Source of the DNA: Oceanispirochaeta sp.
GTDB taxonomy: Bacteria; Spirochaetota; Spirochaetia; DSM-2461
Direction of reading: 5' to 3'
NCBI GenBank assembly: GCA_963663385.2
Contig: CAXXXD010000001.1
Coordinates: 521,497-585,496 of the forward strand
DNA length: 64,000 bases
The notes beneath the pieces were generated by a model, which saw nothing but the letters and a program-made list of their open reading frames with translations, made no database searches and had not been told where the DNA came from. Position numbers and translations under genes: made by a program. Positions 48,057-57,270 of the stretch are shown here, piece by piece (the stretch's first letter is position 1; each line of letters starts with the position of its first letter).

Positions 48057-49286
48057 TTAAAGAACCTTCTGAATCTCGTCCCAGATTCTTTTGGAAGAGT
48101 TTCCGTCCACAATATCGTAGAACTTTTTAAGGACTTCGGTCCGTTCTTCCCTGTAGTCGTCCAGGTTATCCACAAGCTGTCTTTTGATCTCGTCGGTCAG
48201 TTCTTTGGTGCTGAAACACTTCCTGCCGGGGGTAACCGTTTCGTAGTCGAACTGGAGGGGCCTCTCCGTATTGACGTAGTGGTCATAATCAAAGGGGAAG
48301 AACACGACCGGTTTATCCTGAAGGATATAATCCACAAAGATGGAAGAGTAATCCGTGATCATCAGATCGATATGGGCGAATAGGGGATAGACATCGCGGC
48401 CTTTGTGGTATTCGATGATATGATCGGCGCCGCTGATATCATACATATGTTCCTTTCGGGTTTTCTGGTGATATTTAAAAATAAAGATCATCTTGTTTTC
48501 ACGGGCGAATTCATTCAGGGCTGCGACATCCAGAGTATCCTTAACCGCATCATATTCCGCCGAAAGGTGTCTGTGAGTGGGCGAATATATGACCAGTTTA
48601 TACCCCTCTTTTTTATAGGCGACGGCTTTTTCGTAGGTTTTTACATCGGCCCCGGAAAGGTAAGGGCTCATATCCTCTACAAAAAGGACATCGTTTCGGG
48701 GTTGTCCGTTTATCAGTATCTTTCCGTAGTTAAAGCCGTGGCCCCGGGTTTTTACCTGGAGTTCCGAATTCATGGAGAGGATGTCATAGTAGGGGTGCTG
48801 GCCGATCATATCGGACAGTTTCCTGATAAAACTGTTCTGCTTCTGTATCCGGGGTTTCAGCATCCCGACCGTCTTCATTCCGCTGCCATGCCATAGCTGG
48901 AACTTGGCGGCTTTATACAGCATCTGGTACCGCAGCTTTCTGGTCCACTCGTTCCCGTCAACAACGACAGCTTTTGTCTGAAGGAGTTTGACGATTGTGG
49001 ACGGATTGTAGAAATACAGTACAGGAAGATTGTTCTTTTTCAGCTCATTCCTGATTTTTCGACTCTCAGTCAGAAAATAGATTTTACAGTCGTCCATTTT
49101 CTTGGAATTGAGATAGAGGTAGAGGTATTTCAGGTTCCCTTCAAAGGTATTTCCGAAACGGGTAATGAAGACAACTGTATCTTTCTTGGGAAGCATTTTA
49201 GAGAGAGGCAGGAAAATCCCGTTTCCGATAGTCAGTTTGATAAATGTACCGATGGCTTTTTTGGTCAACATTATGTATTTGCGCAT
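48057..49286 (-). CDS. CDP-glycerol glycerophosphotransferase (TagF/TagB family)
   Basis: QLWHG, GQPRND, IYSPTHR, KYH and DLMITDYSS. Confidence 0.9.
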   Translation of the reverse strand: MRKYIMLTKKAIGTFIKLTIGNGIFLPLSKMLPKKDTVVFITRFGNTFEGNLKYLYLYLNSKKMDDCKIYFLTESRKIRNELKKNNLPVLYFYNPSTIVKLLQTKAVVVDGNEWTRKLRYQMLYKAAKFQLWHGSGMKTVGMLKPRIQKQNSFIRKLSDMIGQHPYYDILSMNSELQVKTRGHGFNYGKILINGQPRNDVLFVEDMSPYLSGADVKTYEKAVAYKKEGYKLVIYSPTHRHLSAEYDAVKDTLDVAALNEFARENKMIFIFKYHQKTRKEHMYDISGADHIIEYHKGRDVYPLFAHIDLMITDYSSIFVDYILQDKPVVFFPFDYDHYVNTERPLQFDYETVTPGRKCFSTKELTDEIKRQLVDNLDDYREERTEVLKKFYDIVDGNSSKRIWDEIQKVL

Positions 49287-49303
49287 TATAAAATCTCCGG
49301 GTA

Positions 49304-50071
49304 TTAAAATTGAGTGTGCTGTACTTTGTCTTTGATCATATTCTGCAAAGCAGTCAGTTCATAATGGATGTCTATTTCAACCCATTCGGAGTTTGCCACT
49401 TCGATAGGCTTAACTTCAATACCCTTATCGGCCAGATCATTTAAAAAGCTGTGCCAGGTCTTGTTGTACTGAAGGAAATCCTCGGTTCTTGAAATGGCCT
49501 CCAGGGTATTCCTGAAACTCTTTCTGACGGATTCTCCCTTAACAATAGTCAGGCCGGCCGAAATATGATCGGCATTTTCTATATTTTTACCGGCTTTTAT
49601 GACATGATTCTTATCATCAAGCAGTACTTTCACATCATCATCGCCTTTATCGTCGTGGCGGGAACAGAGCAGGAATATTCCCTCCTCGTCTGATTCAAGG
49701 ATTTCCTGAAGCCGGTCATAGATCGCCGAGCTGAATATGGTATCCCCGTTCATAAACATGAAATCCGTATCGGCCATTTTATTCAGAACAACCCACAGGG
49801 TAACAAGAGGTCCGGAAACCCCATAGAAGGGGTTATAGACAACATCCAGGTGATTCTTATGCTCCGAGGATTCGATAAACTCATCTATTTTCCCTACGCA
49901 GTGACCGCCCCCTATTACAATATCACCCAGAACGGAGCGTTCAAGCAGGCTGTTACACTGGCGGGACAGAAGGGTTGTACCGTCTCCCAGGCTTACCAGT
50001 ATCTTCGGTCTGTCCTTGGTCAGAGGAAGTAACCGTTCGCCTTTTCCGGCGGAGAGTATAATAGTTTTCAT
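49304..50071 (-). CDS. Nucleotidyltransferase (LicC-like)
   Basis: MKTIILSAGKGERLLPLT..PK, YNPFY, NGD and WVEID. Confidence 0.8.
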   Translation of the reverse strand: MKTIILSAGKGERLLPLTKDRPKILVSLGDGTTLLSRQCNSLLERSVLGDIVIGGGHCVGKIDEFIESSEHKNHLDVVYNPFYGVSGPLVTLWVVLNKMADTDFMFMNGDTIFSSAIYDRLQEILESDEEGIFLLCSRHDDKGDDDVKVLLDDKNHVIKAGKNIENADHISAGLTIVKGESVRKSFRNTLEAISRTEDFLQYNKTWHSFLNDLADKGIEVKPIEVANSEWVEIDIHYELTALQNMIKDKVQHTQF

Positions 50072-50072
50072 A

Positions 50073-50879
50073 TTATTCGCTTTCCTTTATTCTTCTTTCG
50101 TAATCGGCTGTATTGAAGTGGGGATTCCTTTTAAAGGAATTCATTTTAAAGTGGTCTACAGCATAACTGCCGCCGTCGTCCTCGTACCATACCCAGCCCT
50201 TATTCGGTTCACGCCATTTTTCACCATATTTAAGAGCGATATATTTTTCAGGATCTTCGGGCATCATTGTCTTCAGTCCGTATACGTCCCGGCTTTCCAG
50301 ATTCAGAAAGTACTTTTCATCCACTCTGAATACGACCCGTCTTGTTTTAAGGGCTTCCCTTAGGTGAAGGAGAAACTGAAAAAACAGCTTGTTCAGCAGG
50401 TAAACGGGAAAGAGCAGGTATTTCGTTGCCGGTTTTCTTATCAACCTTTTATGAAGGTTGGTGGACTTCTTCATTTTCCTGAGATAGTTCTTGTTCCGCT
50501 TGATCAGTTTCTCGTCTTTGGACAGAAAAGACCAGAACTCGGAATAAGCATAGCCCTGCTCCCTGTGATAGAGGCGGATATTGACGGGGATACTCTTTTT
50601 ACTGCCTATGTAATAGCGCATCTTTGTCACATAGGGAAGGTAGGTAATACGGACCCCTTTGTCCTGAAGGATCTTATGAATTTTCCTTTTGTTGGCGATA
50701 TAATCCTCCTTCCAGATGCCGAGGTCCACGTCATGGTCCCAGGGGAGGAACCGGTTCTCTCTGACAACTCCCAGGAGGGAGCCCTGATCAAGCCAGTAGG
50801 GTACGGAAATTCCATTTAGAAGCTCTATGACAAATTTATATAAATCCAGGTGTTCATCAGTAATTATTTCTTCTTTCAT
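50073..50879 (-). CDS. LicD-family phosphotransferase
   Basis: YWLDQGSLLGVVRE..FLPWDHDVDL and P...EKY...KYG..W..P. Confidence 0.88.
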   Translation of the reverse strand: MKEEIITDEHLDLYKFVIELLNGISVPYWLDQGSLLGVVRENRFLPWDHDVDLGIWKEDYIANKRKIHKILQDKGVRITYLPYVTKMRYYIGSKKSIPVNIRLYHREQGYAYSEFWSFLSKDEKLIKRNKNYLRKMKKSTNLHKRLIRKPATKYLLFPVYLLNKLFFQFLLHLREALKTRRVVFRVDEKYFLNLESRDVYGLKTMMPEDPEKYIALKYGEKWREPNKGWVWYEDDGGSYAVDHFKMNSFKRNPHFNTADYERRIKESE

Positions 50880-51051
50880 ATATATAGTCCTGTTTATTGT
50901 AATAAAGTGAGGAAGTTAACCAGATTAAAGATAATATATTATCATAATTCAAGTGAAGCGGAATATCCGGATTTACCTAATATTTCTTATATCGTTCAGG
51001 ATTGCGGGAAAACAGTTATATTCCACGAATTAAATTGTTATACTCAATGGC

Positions 51052-51753
51052 ATGATGATTTTTGAGATATGGCGGGAAGCCAAACAGGTGGACAGGCAGA
51101 TTTCCTTTCTGCATAAACTGATTTCGGTCTGGTTGAAGAAAACCCAGAAGCCTCTTGAAGGACGGGTACTGAAAAAAACCTTGAAACTGACCGACCGGGT
51201 TATAGATTTTTTTGACAAAAAAAAGGTGGATTACTGGCTGGAAAGCGGAACGCTTCTGGGTGTAATAAGAGAAAACAGACTGCTCCCCTGGGATCATGAT
51301 GTGGACATTACCATCAGGATGGAAGACCTTCCCAAAATCGAGAAAGAGCTGAGGTCCTTCCGCTTTAAATACGGTTACAGGGTAGAGTATGTCAGAAACC
51401 GGGCGGATGCCTTTCCCCTTAAAAAAGGGGATCTCCGCTTGATCAAGGTTCAGAGCCGCAAGTACGGGATTCTCCCCCTGCCGGGACTGGCTCAGCTGGA
51501 TATTTTCGTCAAGGTACGGCATCAGGAGAAAATGTACTGGGCCATCCGTAATCGTGCCCTGAAATCCGCCCCGGCTCACTTTACGGATAATCTGGGAGAA
51601 GTCGAGTTTAATAACAGAACCTACAGGGTGCCTTCCGACAGCAGGGGCTATCTGGCCTACCGTTTCGGGGATGACTGGGAAACGCCGAAGAAGGATTATG
51701 ATAATATCCGGGATGACAAGGCGGTGGAGCAGATGCTGGATCCTCTGTATTGA
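51052..51753 (+). CDS. LicD-family phosphotransferase
   Basis: YWLESGTLLGVIRE..LLPWDHDVDI, LDIF and YL..RFG.DW.TP. Confidence 0.88.
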   Translation: MMIFEIWREAKQVDRQISFLHKLISVWLKKTQKPLEGRVLKKTLKLTDRVIDFFDKKKVDYWLESGTLLGVIRENRLLPWDHDVDITIRMEDLPKIEKELRSFRFKYGYRVEYVRNRADAFPLKKGDLRLIKVQSRKYGILPLPGLAQLDIFVKVRHQEKMYWAIRNRALKSAPAHFTDNLGEVEFNNRTYRVPSDSRGYLAYRFGDDWETPKKDYDNIRDDKAVEQMLDPLY

Positions 51754-52023
51754 AGTATTATTCCCCCTTTCCGGATACCCGAGCGAAGTCGAGGGTGGAG
51801 GGGGATAAACCCGAATGTACGACTGGTGTTAACTGGTTGTTTTCTTCGGGAACGTGGGACTTCTCTCCGGTCATGGGCGTCCTGCCCATTCCCTGCGAGC
51901 CGACCCCGGTTGCACGGGCGAGCAGTAAACAAAGTTTACGACCAGCCTACAATCCTAACTCCGCATCCTGCGGAGTTGCGCTCCATGTATTCGCGCCGGA
52001 TTTCCGTTTCAACTCCCATCACC

Positions 52024-52064
52024 AAAAAAAAGAAGAGACCCGAATAGGATCTCTTCTTTTTTTT
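52024..52064. terminator. Bidirectional intrinsic terminator after tRNA-Leu
   Basis: A-run, GAAGAGACC-CGAATA-GGATCTCTTC imperfect stem-loop, T-run. Confidence 0.75.
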
Positions 52065-52148
52065 TACCGGCGATGGGACTTGAACCCATACGGCCGTGAA
52101 GCCAGTAGATTTTGAGTCTACCGTGTATACCAATTTCACCACGCCGGC
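52065..52148 (-). tRNA. tRNA-Leu (anticodon CAA)
   Basis: GCCGGCGTGGTGAAATTGGTATACACG-GTAGA-CTCAAAA-TCTAC-long variable arm-GGGTTCAAGTCCC-ATCGCCGGTA; CCA not encoded; TTGACA-17-TATCTT upstream. Confidence 0.95.
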
Positions 52149-52232
52149 AAATACTTCCAGAAAGATAGCCCAATGATTTTGACTTGTCAAGCCGATGATT
52201 ATTTTGTAAACCTTTTAGAGGAGGATTAGGCT

Positions 52233-52958
52233 ATGTTTCTTGCAGGTTCTGTGCTGTTCTGGGTGTTTTTTAGCATTACCATGGTGGTTTTGTTTTTTCC
52301 GGCTCTGCTTATCTGGCTGATTACTCTGCCGTTTGACAGGAATAAAAGAATCCTGCATCAGTACTCCTGTTTCTGGGGATCCCTCTACACCTGGTTCAAC
52401 CCTTTTCTGAAGGTGACGATTGAAGGGAAGGAGAAACTTGAAAAAGGGCGGTCCTATGTGTACTGCGCCAATCACCAGTCCATGATGGATATAGTCATCC
52501 TCTACCGCCTGTTTCTGCATTTTAAATGGGTTTCAAAGAAGGAGATTTTCAAGGTTCCCTTCCTGGGATGGAATATGTACCTGAATAACTACCTCTATCT
52601 GGACCGGTCCAGTCCCTCCAGTCAGATCCGTATGATGAAGGACGGAGAAAAATTCCTGAATACCGGAAGCTCCCTAATGATCTTTCCCGAAGGGACACGG
52701 TCCATGGACGGGAAAGTGGGGAAATTCCGGGATGGCGCTTTTGTCCTGTCCCGGAAAACCGGAGCCCCGGTTGTTCCTGTGGTAATTAAAGGGTCCCGGG
52801 ATGTTTTTTCGGATGGAACCATTTTCTACCGGCGGTTCTACCCCATGACCATTCAGCTGCTGGATCCTGTCCCTTCCGATACAGCAGAAAATCCCAAGGC
52901 CCTGGGGCGGCTGGTTCGCAGCCGAATCTGTGAGGAACTCGGTCAGAGCGGTGAGTAG
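52233..52958 (+). CDS. plsC: 1-acyl-sn-glycerol-3-phosphate acyltransferase
   Basis: ANHQSMMD and IFPEGTRS. Confidence 0.9.
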   Translation: MFLAGSVLFWVFFSITMVVLFFPALLIWLITLPFDRNKRILHQYSCFWGSLYTWFNPFLKVTIEGKEKLEKGRSYVYCANHQSMMDIVILYRLFLHFKWVSKKEIFKVPFLGWNMYLNNYLYLDRSSPSSQIRMMKDGEKFLNTGSSLMIFPEGTRSMDGKVGKFRDGAFVLSRKTGAPVVPVVIKGSRDVFSDGTIFYRRFYPMTIQLLDPVPSDTAENPKALGRLVRSRICEELGQSGE

Positions 52959-53871
52959 AAAAATCCTGCACCTGTTACTGGGGGCAGGCAGTCTTCTGTT
53001 TCTCCTTTCCTGTGCCACCACTTCTCTGGAAATCCCGGGAGATACCCTTCTGTCTCCTCCCCTTGAGAATCCTGACTGGAAGCTTACACCCGTCCCGGGG
53101 GTACAAATAATAACCTATAACGGGGGCGGTATCCCCGTACAGCTTTATGCCCTGTCTTTTAACCGAAGCCAGGCTGATTTCGATATTATCCTGACAGATC
53201 CGGATACATCCGGGAAAGGGGAAACCAGAAGCGCCCGGGTCTCCCGTTTTGCTGAGGAGCAGAGCGTACTGGCCGCGATGAACGGGGCTCCCTATGCTCC
53301 GGTAGATATTCTGAACAGGCAGAACAGACCCTGTGATATTGCCGGGATCTATATCTATGAGGGGGAGGAAATCTCCCGGCCAATACCCTCCTATGATGCT
53401 CTTTATGTACTGGAGGACGGATCTTTCCGGATCGGATCTCAGCAGGATATCCCGGCTGATGTGCAAACCGGAATCGGGGGATTCCATATTGTACTGAAAG
53501 ACGGAATTCCCCTTGGAAAAAAGGGAGACCGGCATCCCAGGAGCGTTATCGGCCTGTCCGGCGGGGGAGAAACGCTCTATCTGGCCGTTTTCGACGGACG
53601 TCAGCCCGACTGTGCCGGGATGACCGGTCTGGAACTGGGGCTCTGGATGGCCTGGCTGGGAGCGGCGGATGCCTTGAATATGGATGGAGGAGGATCCTCC
53701 TGTCTTGTTTTCCGGGCGGAAGAAGGCCTTGAAATCTTAAATTCTCCCATTCATAGAGGCAGACCCGGGCTGGAAAGGGCGGTAGCCAGCCATATCGGTA
53801 TCAGACCTCCCCCGTCCCCTCCTCAGGAGGGGGGCAACCTTCCTGCTGCATCTCCCCTTCGGGGAGACTGA
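52951..53871 (+). CDS. Phosphodiester glycosidase (NAGPA/DUF2233) family lipoprotein
   Basis: Lipobox FLLSC, AAMNG, HPRSVIG, DGRQ...GMT and ALNMDGGGSS; the last ~21 codons come from a repeat element. Confidence 0.85.
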   Translation: MSRKILHLLLGAGSLLFLLSCATTSLEIPGDTLLSPPLENPDWKLTPVPGVQIITYNGGGIPVQLYALSFNRSQADFDIILTDPDTSGKGETRSARVSRFAEEQSVLAAMNGAPYAPVDILNRQNRPCDIAGIYIYEGEEISRPIPSYDALYVLEDGSFRIGSQQDIPADVQTGIGGFHIVLKDGIPLGKKGDRHPRSVIGLSGGGETLYLAVFDGRQPDCAGMTGLELGLWMAWLGAADALNMDGGGSSCLVFRAEEGLEILNSPIHRGRPGLERAVASHIGIRPPPSPPQEGGNLPAASPLRGD

Positions 53872-53880
53872 GAGGGGTCT
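53806..53880. repeat. 75-bp REP-like element (family A) overlapping a CDS 3' end
   Basis: 64/75 identical to 25524-25598; contains the TGA stop at 53869-53871. Confidence 0.85.
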
Positions 53881-53888
53881 GGAAACTA

Positions 53889-53938
53889 AGAGGTCGGATG
53901 CATGTCTGAGCCACAAACGAAGTTTGTGACCAGGGGGT
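53889..53938. repeat. REP-like element (family B)
   Basis: CACAAAC-GAA-GTTTGTG hairpin; reverse complement aligns with 47985-48033. Confidence 0.55.
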
Positions 53939-53995
53939 GAGAGGTTGTATTGATCCATCCCCGAAGATCCTCGAGCGTAGTCGAGAGGCCGAGGG

Positions 53996-55741
53996 TTAAA
54001 TCAGAAAACCCGTATCTTCCTGAGTCTTCAGCCATTCGATAACCCTGGGGCGTTTTATTTTTTTGGTGGTAGTCATCTCCATTGGGTCATCCAGGATCCT
54101 CACTTTGGAAATCCTCTTGTAGGAGAGCAGTTCCCGGTTTACAGATTTTACCGCTTCCAGCAGATCCGCCCTGATTTCATCACTGTTGCTGATACTCTGG
54201 GATTCGAAGTGTTCCTTATTGGGGTAGATCAGGGCTTCTATCCCTTCTCCCCGGGTTGTTTCGTTTGCCAGGTACCCGACAATCAGAATCTGTTCTATCT
54301 GCTGAAACAGCTGAAAGTGGTCTTCAATCTCCTCGGGGAATACATTCTTGCCTCCCTCGGTTACGATAAGAGATTTAGCCCGACCCGTCAGGTAGAGGTA
54401 GTTTGCCCTGTCCAGGTAACCCAGGTCTCCTGTCCGGAGGTAGCCGTCATCCGTAAAAAGCTCGGCCGTAGCTTCTTCATTCTTATAGTAGCCCTTACAG
54501 CAGATGGGTCCTTTGATAATAATCTCACCAATCCCCTCTTCATCGGGATTGAGTATCTTCATATCGATAAGGGGGAAGACTTTTCCCACTGATTTGACAT
54601 TAAAGGCATGGGCGGGATTGAGAGTGGAAATGGGCGCAGTTTCTGTCATTCCGTAGCCTTGAACAAAGTCCAGTCCCAGCTCCTGGTAGCGTTGAAAGGT
54701 TTCCGGCGCCAGAGGTCCGCCCCCGCAGATCATGTATTTTACAGTATAGAGGTTTGCTTTCTTAAGCAGCAGGTTTCCGAAGATCTTTTTTCCCAGATTA
54801 ATATTGAATGCTTTTTTGATCAACCCGCTTATCCGCATGAGAAGGCCGATAAGCAGGTGAGTGGCCAGACCCTTGGACCGGACCTGTTTCATCATCCCTT
54901 TGAGAATCTTGTTGTAAAGCAGGGGAATTCCCATAATGACGGTTATACGTCCCCGTTTCAGGTCATTCATCATCTGGGCAACCGATAAGCCCCCGGCAAA
55001 TACCAGTTCACAGCCGATTGAGATGGCTTCCAGAAATACCGCGGTCATACAGTAGCTGTGGTGCAGAGGCAGCAGGGCATAGAGGATGTCCTCCGGGATA
55101 ACGTGCAGGAACATGGGGTGATTCGCCTGAAGGGCATCGGTTGAGAAATTGCTGTGGCTGAGCATAACCCCTTTTTCGTTTCCTGTCGTTCCGGATGTAA
55201 ACAGTATGGCCGCCAGGTCATCCTCTGAAGGGGCTGTCGTAATTTCCGCATCCGTTTCCGGAAGGTTCAGAATATAGTTATCCTTTTCGGGAGAGAGGGA
55301 TATCCGGGTTTTAACGGTAGAATCCTCAGTTGCAAGGGTCTCGTATTTTTCTTTATCAACAAACAGGACTTTCGCTTCAACGAAATTCAGGATCCTTTCA
55401 CAGGTCTCTTTTTCCATCTGATAATCGATGGGGACAATAACCGCTCCAAACTCGACTACCCCCAGGTATGCCATAGCCCAGGCCGGGGAGTTTTTTCCTG
55501 TCAGGGCCACACGGTCGCCTTTCTTCACTCCCAGACTCAAAAGATAGGAAGAGATCCGCCGAATAATCAACTGGGCTTCCTGAAAAGTATAATGCACTTC
55601 TTCCGGGGAGAACGCGGTAAAGCATACTTTATCGGGAAAGCGGTGTACCGACAGGTTGAACATTTCCGGAATCGTCGGCCATTCTCCCCTGATAAACTCT
55701 CCCCTGTACTGATTCATCCATGAATAGGCTTCGTCTTTCAT
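53996..55741 (-). CDS. Long-chain fatty-acid-CoA ligase (AMP-binding)
   Basis: FTSGTTGNEKG, QGYGMTE, RTGDLG and GRAK...GKNVFPEEIE; start at ATG 55741 after AGGAGAG. Confidence 0.92.
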   Translation of the reverse strand: MKDEAYSWMNQYRGEFIRGEWPTIPEMFNLSVHRFPDKVCFTAFSPEEVHYTFQEAQLIIRRISSYLLSLGVKKGDRVALTGKNSPAWAMAYLGVVEFGAVIVPIDYQMEKETCERILNFVEAKVLFVDKEKYETLATEDSTVKTRISLSPEKDNYILNLPETDAEITTAPSEDDLAAILFTSGTTGNEKGVMLSHSNFSTDALQANHPMFLHVIPEDILYALLPLHHSYCMTAVFLEAISIGCELVFAGGLSVAQMMNDLKRGRITVIMGIPLLYNKILKGMMKQVRSKGLATHLLIGLLMRISGLIKKAFNINLGKKIFGNLLLKKANLYTVKYMICGGGPLAPETFQRYQELGLDFVQGYGMTETAPISTLNPAHAFNVKSVGKVFPLIDMKILNPDEEGIGEIIIKGPICCKGYYKNEEATAELFTDDGYLRTGDLGYLDRANYLYLTGRAKSLIVTEGGKNVFPEEIEDHFQLFQQIEQILIVGYLANETTRGEGIEALIYPNKEHFESQSISNSDEIRADLLEAVKSVNRELLSYKRISKVRILDDPMEMTTTKKIKRPRVIEWLKTQEDTGFLI

Positions 55742-55868
55742 CGTGTGTGCTCTCCTGGTTTGTCGATACAATACTGACCATTATAACAAGATTCCGTAAT
55801 TTGTATAGAAAAAGCTGGAGGATTGGAAATCCTTGCAGGAGTCTGTTTTTTCCGATTATGCTAGGGGC

Positions 55869-57260
55869 ATGAAAAAAATGGGATTTGGACTGGATTTCGG
55901 TAACTCAAACACCACCCTTGCAGTATTTGACGGTCGGGAAATCTGTTACATCAAAATAGATGATCATCTGACAATGGGGACGGTTATGCCCTCTGCCCTG
56001 TATCTGGACCGTGAATTTAAAGGATGTACGGGGAGTCAGGCATTGACCCGGTATCTGGAGGATAATACAAACAGAAAGATTCGCCTTTCTGAGGTAAAAG
56101 TCGGAACTATAGAGGTTCATATGGGCGAAATGGACCGGGATTATTTTATAGAACGGGACCGGAGTTTTACAGCGCAGCTTCATGCCCGTGTGGATCAGGA
56201 CCTGCCGGGACGGCTCTTCCGGGGGCTGAAGGCTTATCTAGGAAGTGAATCGGATACGCGTTTTAAGGTTTTTGATAAAACATTCAAACTGGAGGCTCTT
56301 CTGAATATGCTCCTTCGAACCATTCGGACAAGGGCAGAAGAGGAAGGTGTCGTTTTTCCCTCTCTTCATATCGGCCGGCCTGTCCGCTATGAGGGGAGCC
56401 GGGATGACAGGAGCGGAATGGCTGTTCGCAGGATGAGCGCTGCTTTGAAGCATGCCGGTTTTCCCTCTCCCGTCTTTATGGAGGAACCTGTCGGCGCCGC
56501 CTGGAGTTACAGAGAAGAGCATTCTATGCAGGATGGTGAGACTATTCTGGTTTTTGACTTCGGGGGAGGGACCCTGGATCTGGCTGTTGCCCGGTTTCAC
56601 AAGGACCAGTATGAAATCCTCGGGATAAAAGGATTGACTAAAGCGGGCGACTGGATTGACCGGGAGCTCTTCAAGGTCATACTGTTTCCCCTGCTTGGGA
56701 AAGGGGAGGAGATCTCACACCGGAGAGATGATGGCGTGATGACATCTTATCCCTTCCCCTTTTCCGATTTTGAAGAGATGCTGCTGAACTGGCAGAGCAC
56801 TTTCCTCCTGAATCAGGCCAAGTACATTGAAGAGATCAACAGGGCTGTTAAAGAGGGGGGTGATACGGCTGTAAAAATGAACCGTCTGAGCAAACTGATC
56901 CGCTGTAACGGGAGTTTTCCCCTGTTGAAGCTGATGGAGCAGGCAAAGAAGGATTTAACCGATTCTCCCCTGACCCGTATTGACTTTGAAGAAGCGGATA
57001 TACATGTAGAGGTAACCAGGGGTCAGCTGGAAGAGGTCATCTCCCCGCTGATTGCTGATATCCATATACTGATTGAGGACCTGCTGAAAGAAGCCGGCAG
57101 CCCTGAAGTTGACCGGGTTGTTTGTGCCGGAGGCTCATCCCTTATTCCGGCAGTAAGAACCGTTCTGGAATATCATTTTCCGGGAAAGGTGGAAGAATGG
57201 GATCCCTTCCGCAGTATTGCGGCGGGTCTGGCCATGGCAGACTATTATACAAAAAGCTGA
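55869..57260 (+). CDS. Hsp70-family protein (YegD-like)
   Basis: GLDFGNSNT, IGRPVRY, EEPVGAA, DFGGGTLD and AGGSS.IP; lacks a DnaK substrate-binding domain. Confidence 0.85.
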   Translation: MKKMGFGLDFGNSNTTLAVFDGREICYIKIDDHLTMGTVMPSALYLDREFKGCTGSQALTRYLEDNTNRKIRLSEVKVGTIEVHMGEMDRDYFIERDRSFTAQLHARVDQDLPGRLFRGLKAYLGSESDTRFKVFDKTFKLEALLNMLLRTIRTRAEEEGVVFPSLHIGRPVRYEGSRDDRSGMAVRRMSAALKHAGFPSPVFMEEPVGAAWSYREEHSMQDGETILVFDFGGGTLDLAVARFHKDQYEILGIKGLTKAGDWIDRELFKVILFPLLGKGEEISHRRDDGVMTSYPFPFSDFEEMLLNWQSTFLLNQAKYIEEINRAVKEGGDTAVKMNRLSKLIRCNGSFPLLKLMEQAKKDLTDSPLTRIDFEEADIHVEVTRGQLEEVISPLIADIHILIEDLLKEAGSPEVDRVVCAGGSSLIPAVRTVLEYHFPGKVEEWDPFRSIAAGLAMADYYTKS

Positions 57261-57270
57261 AATCAGAGCC

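Noticed and set aside
52065..52148. tRNA-Leu as the attachment site of an integrated island containing the tag/lic locus
   Set aside because: I found no duplicate of the tRNA 3' end and no integrase in the window.
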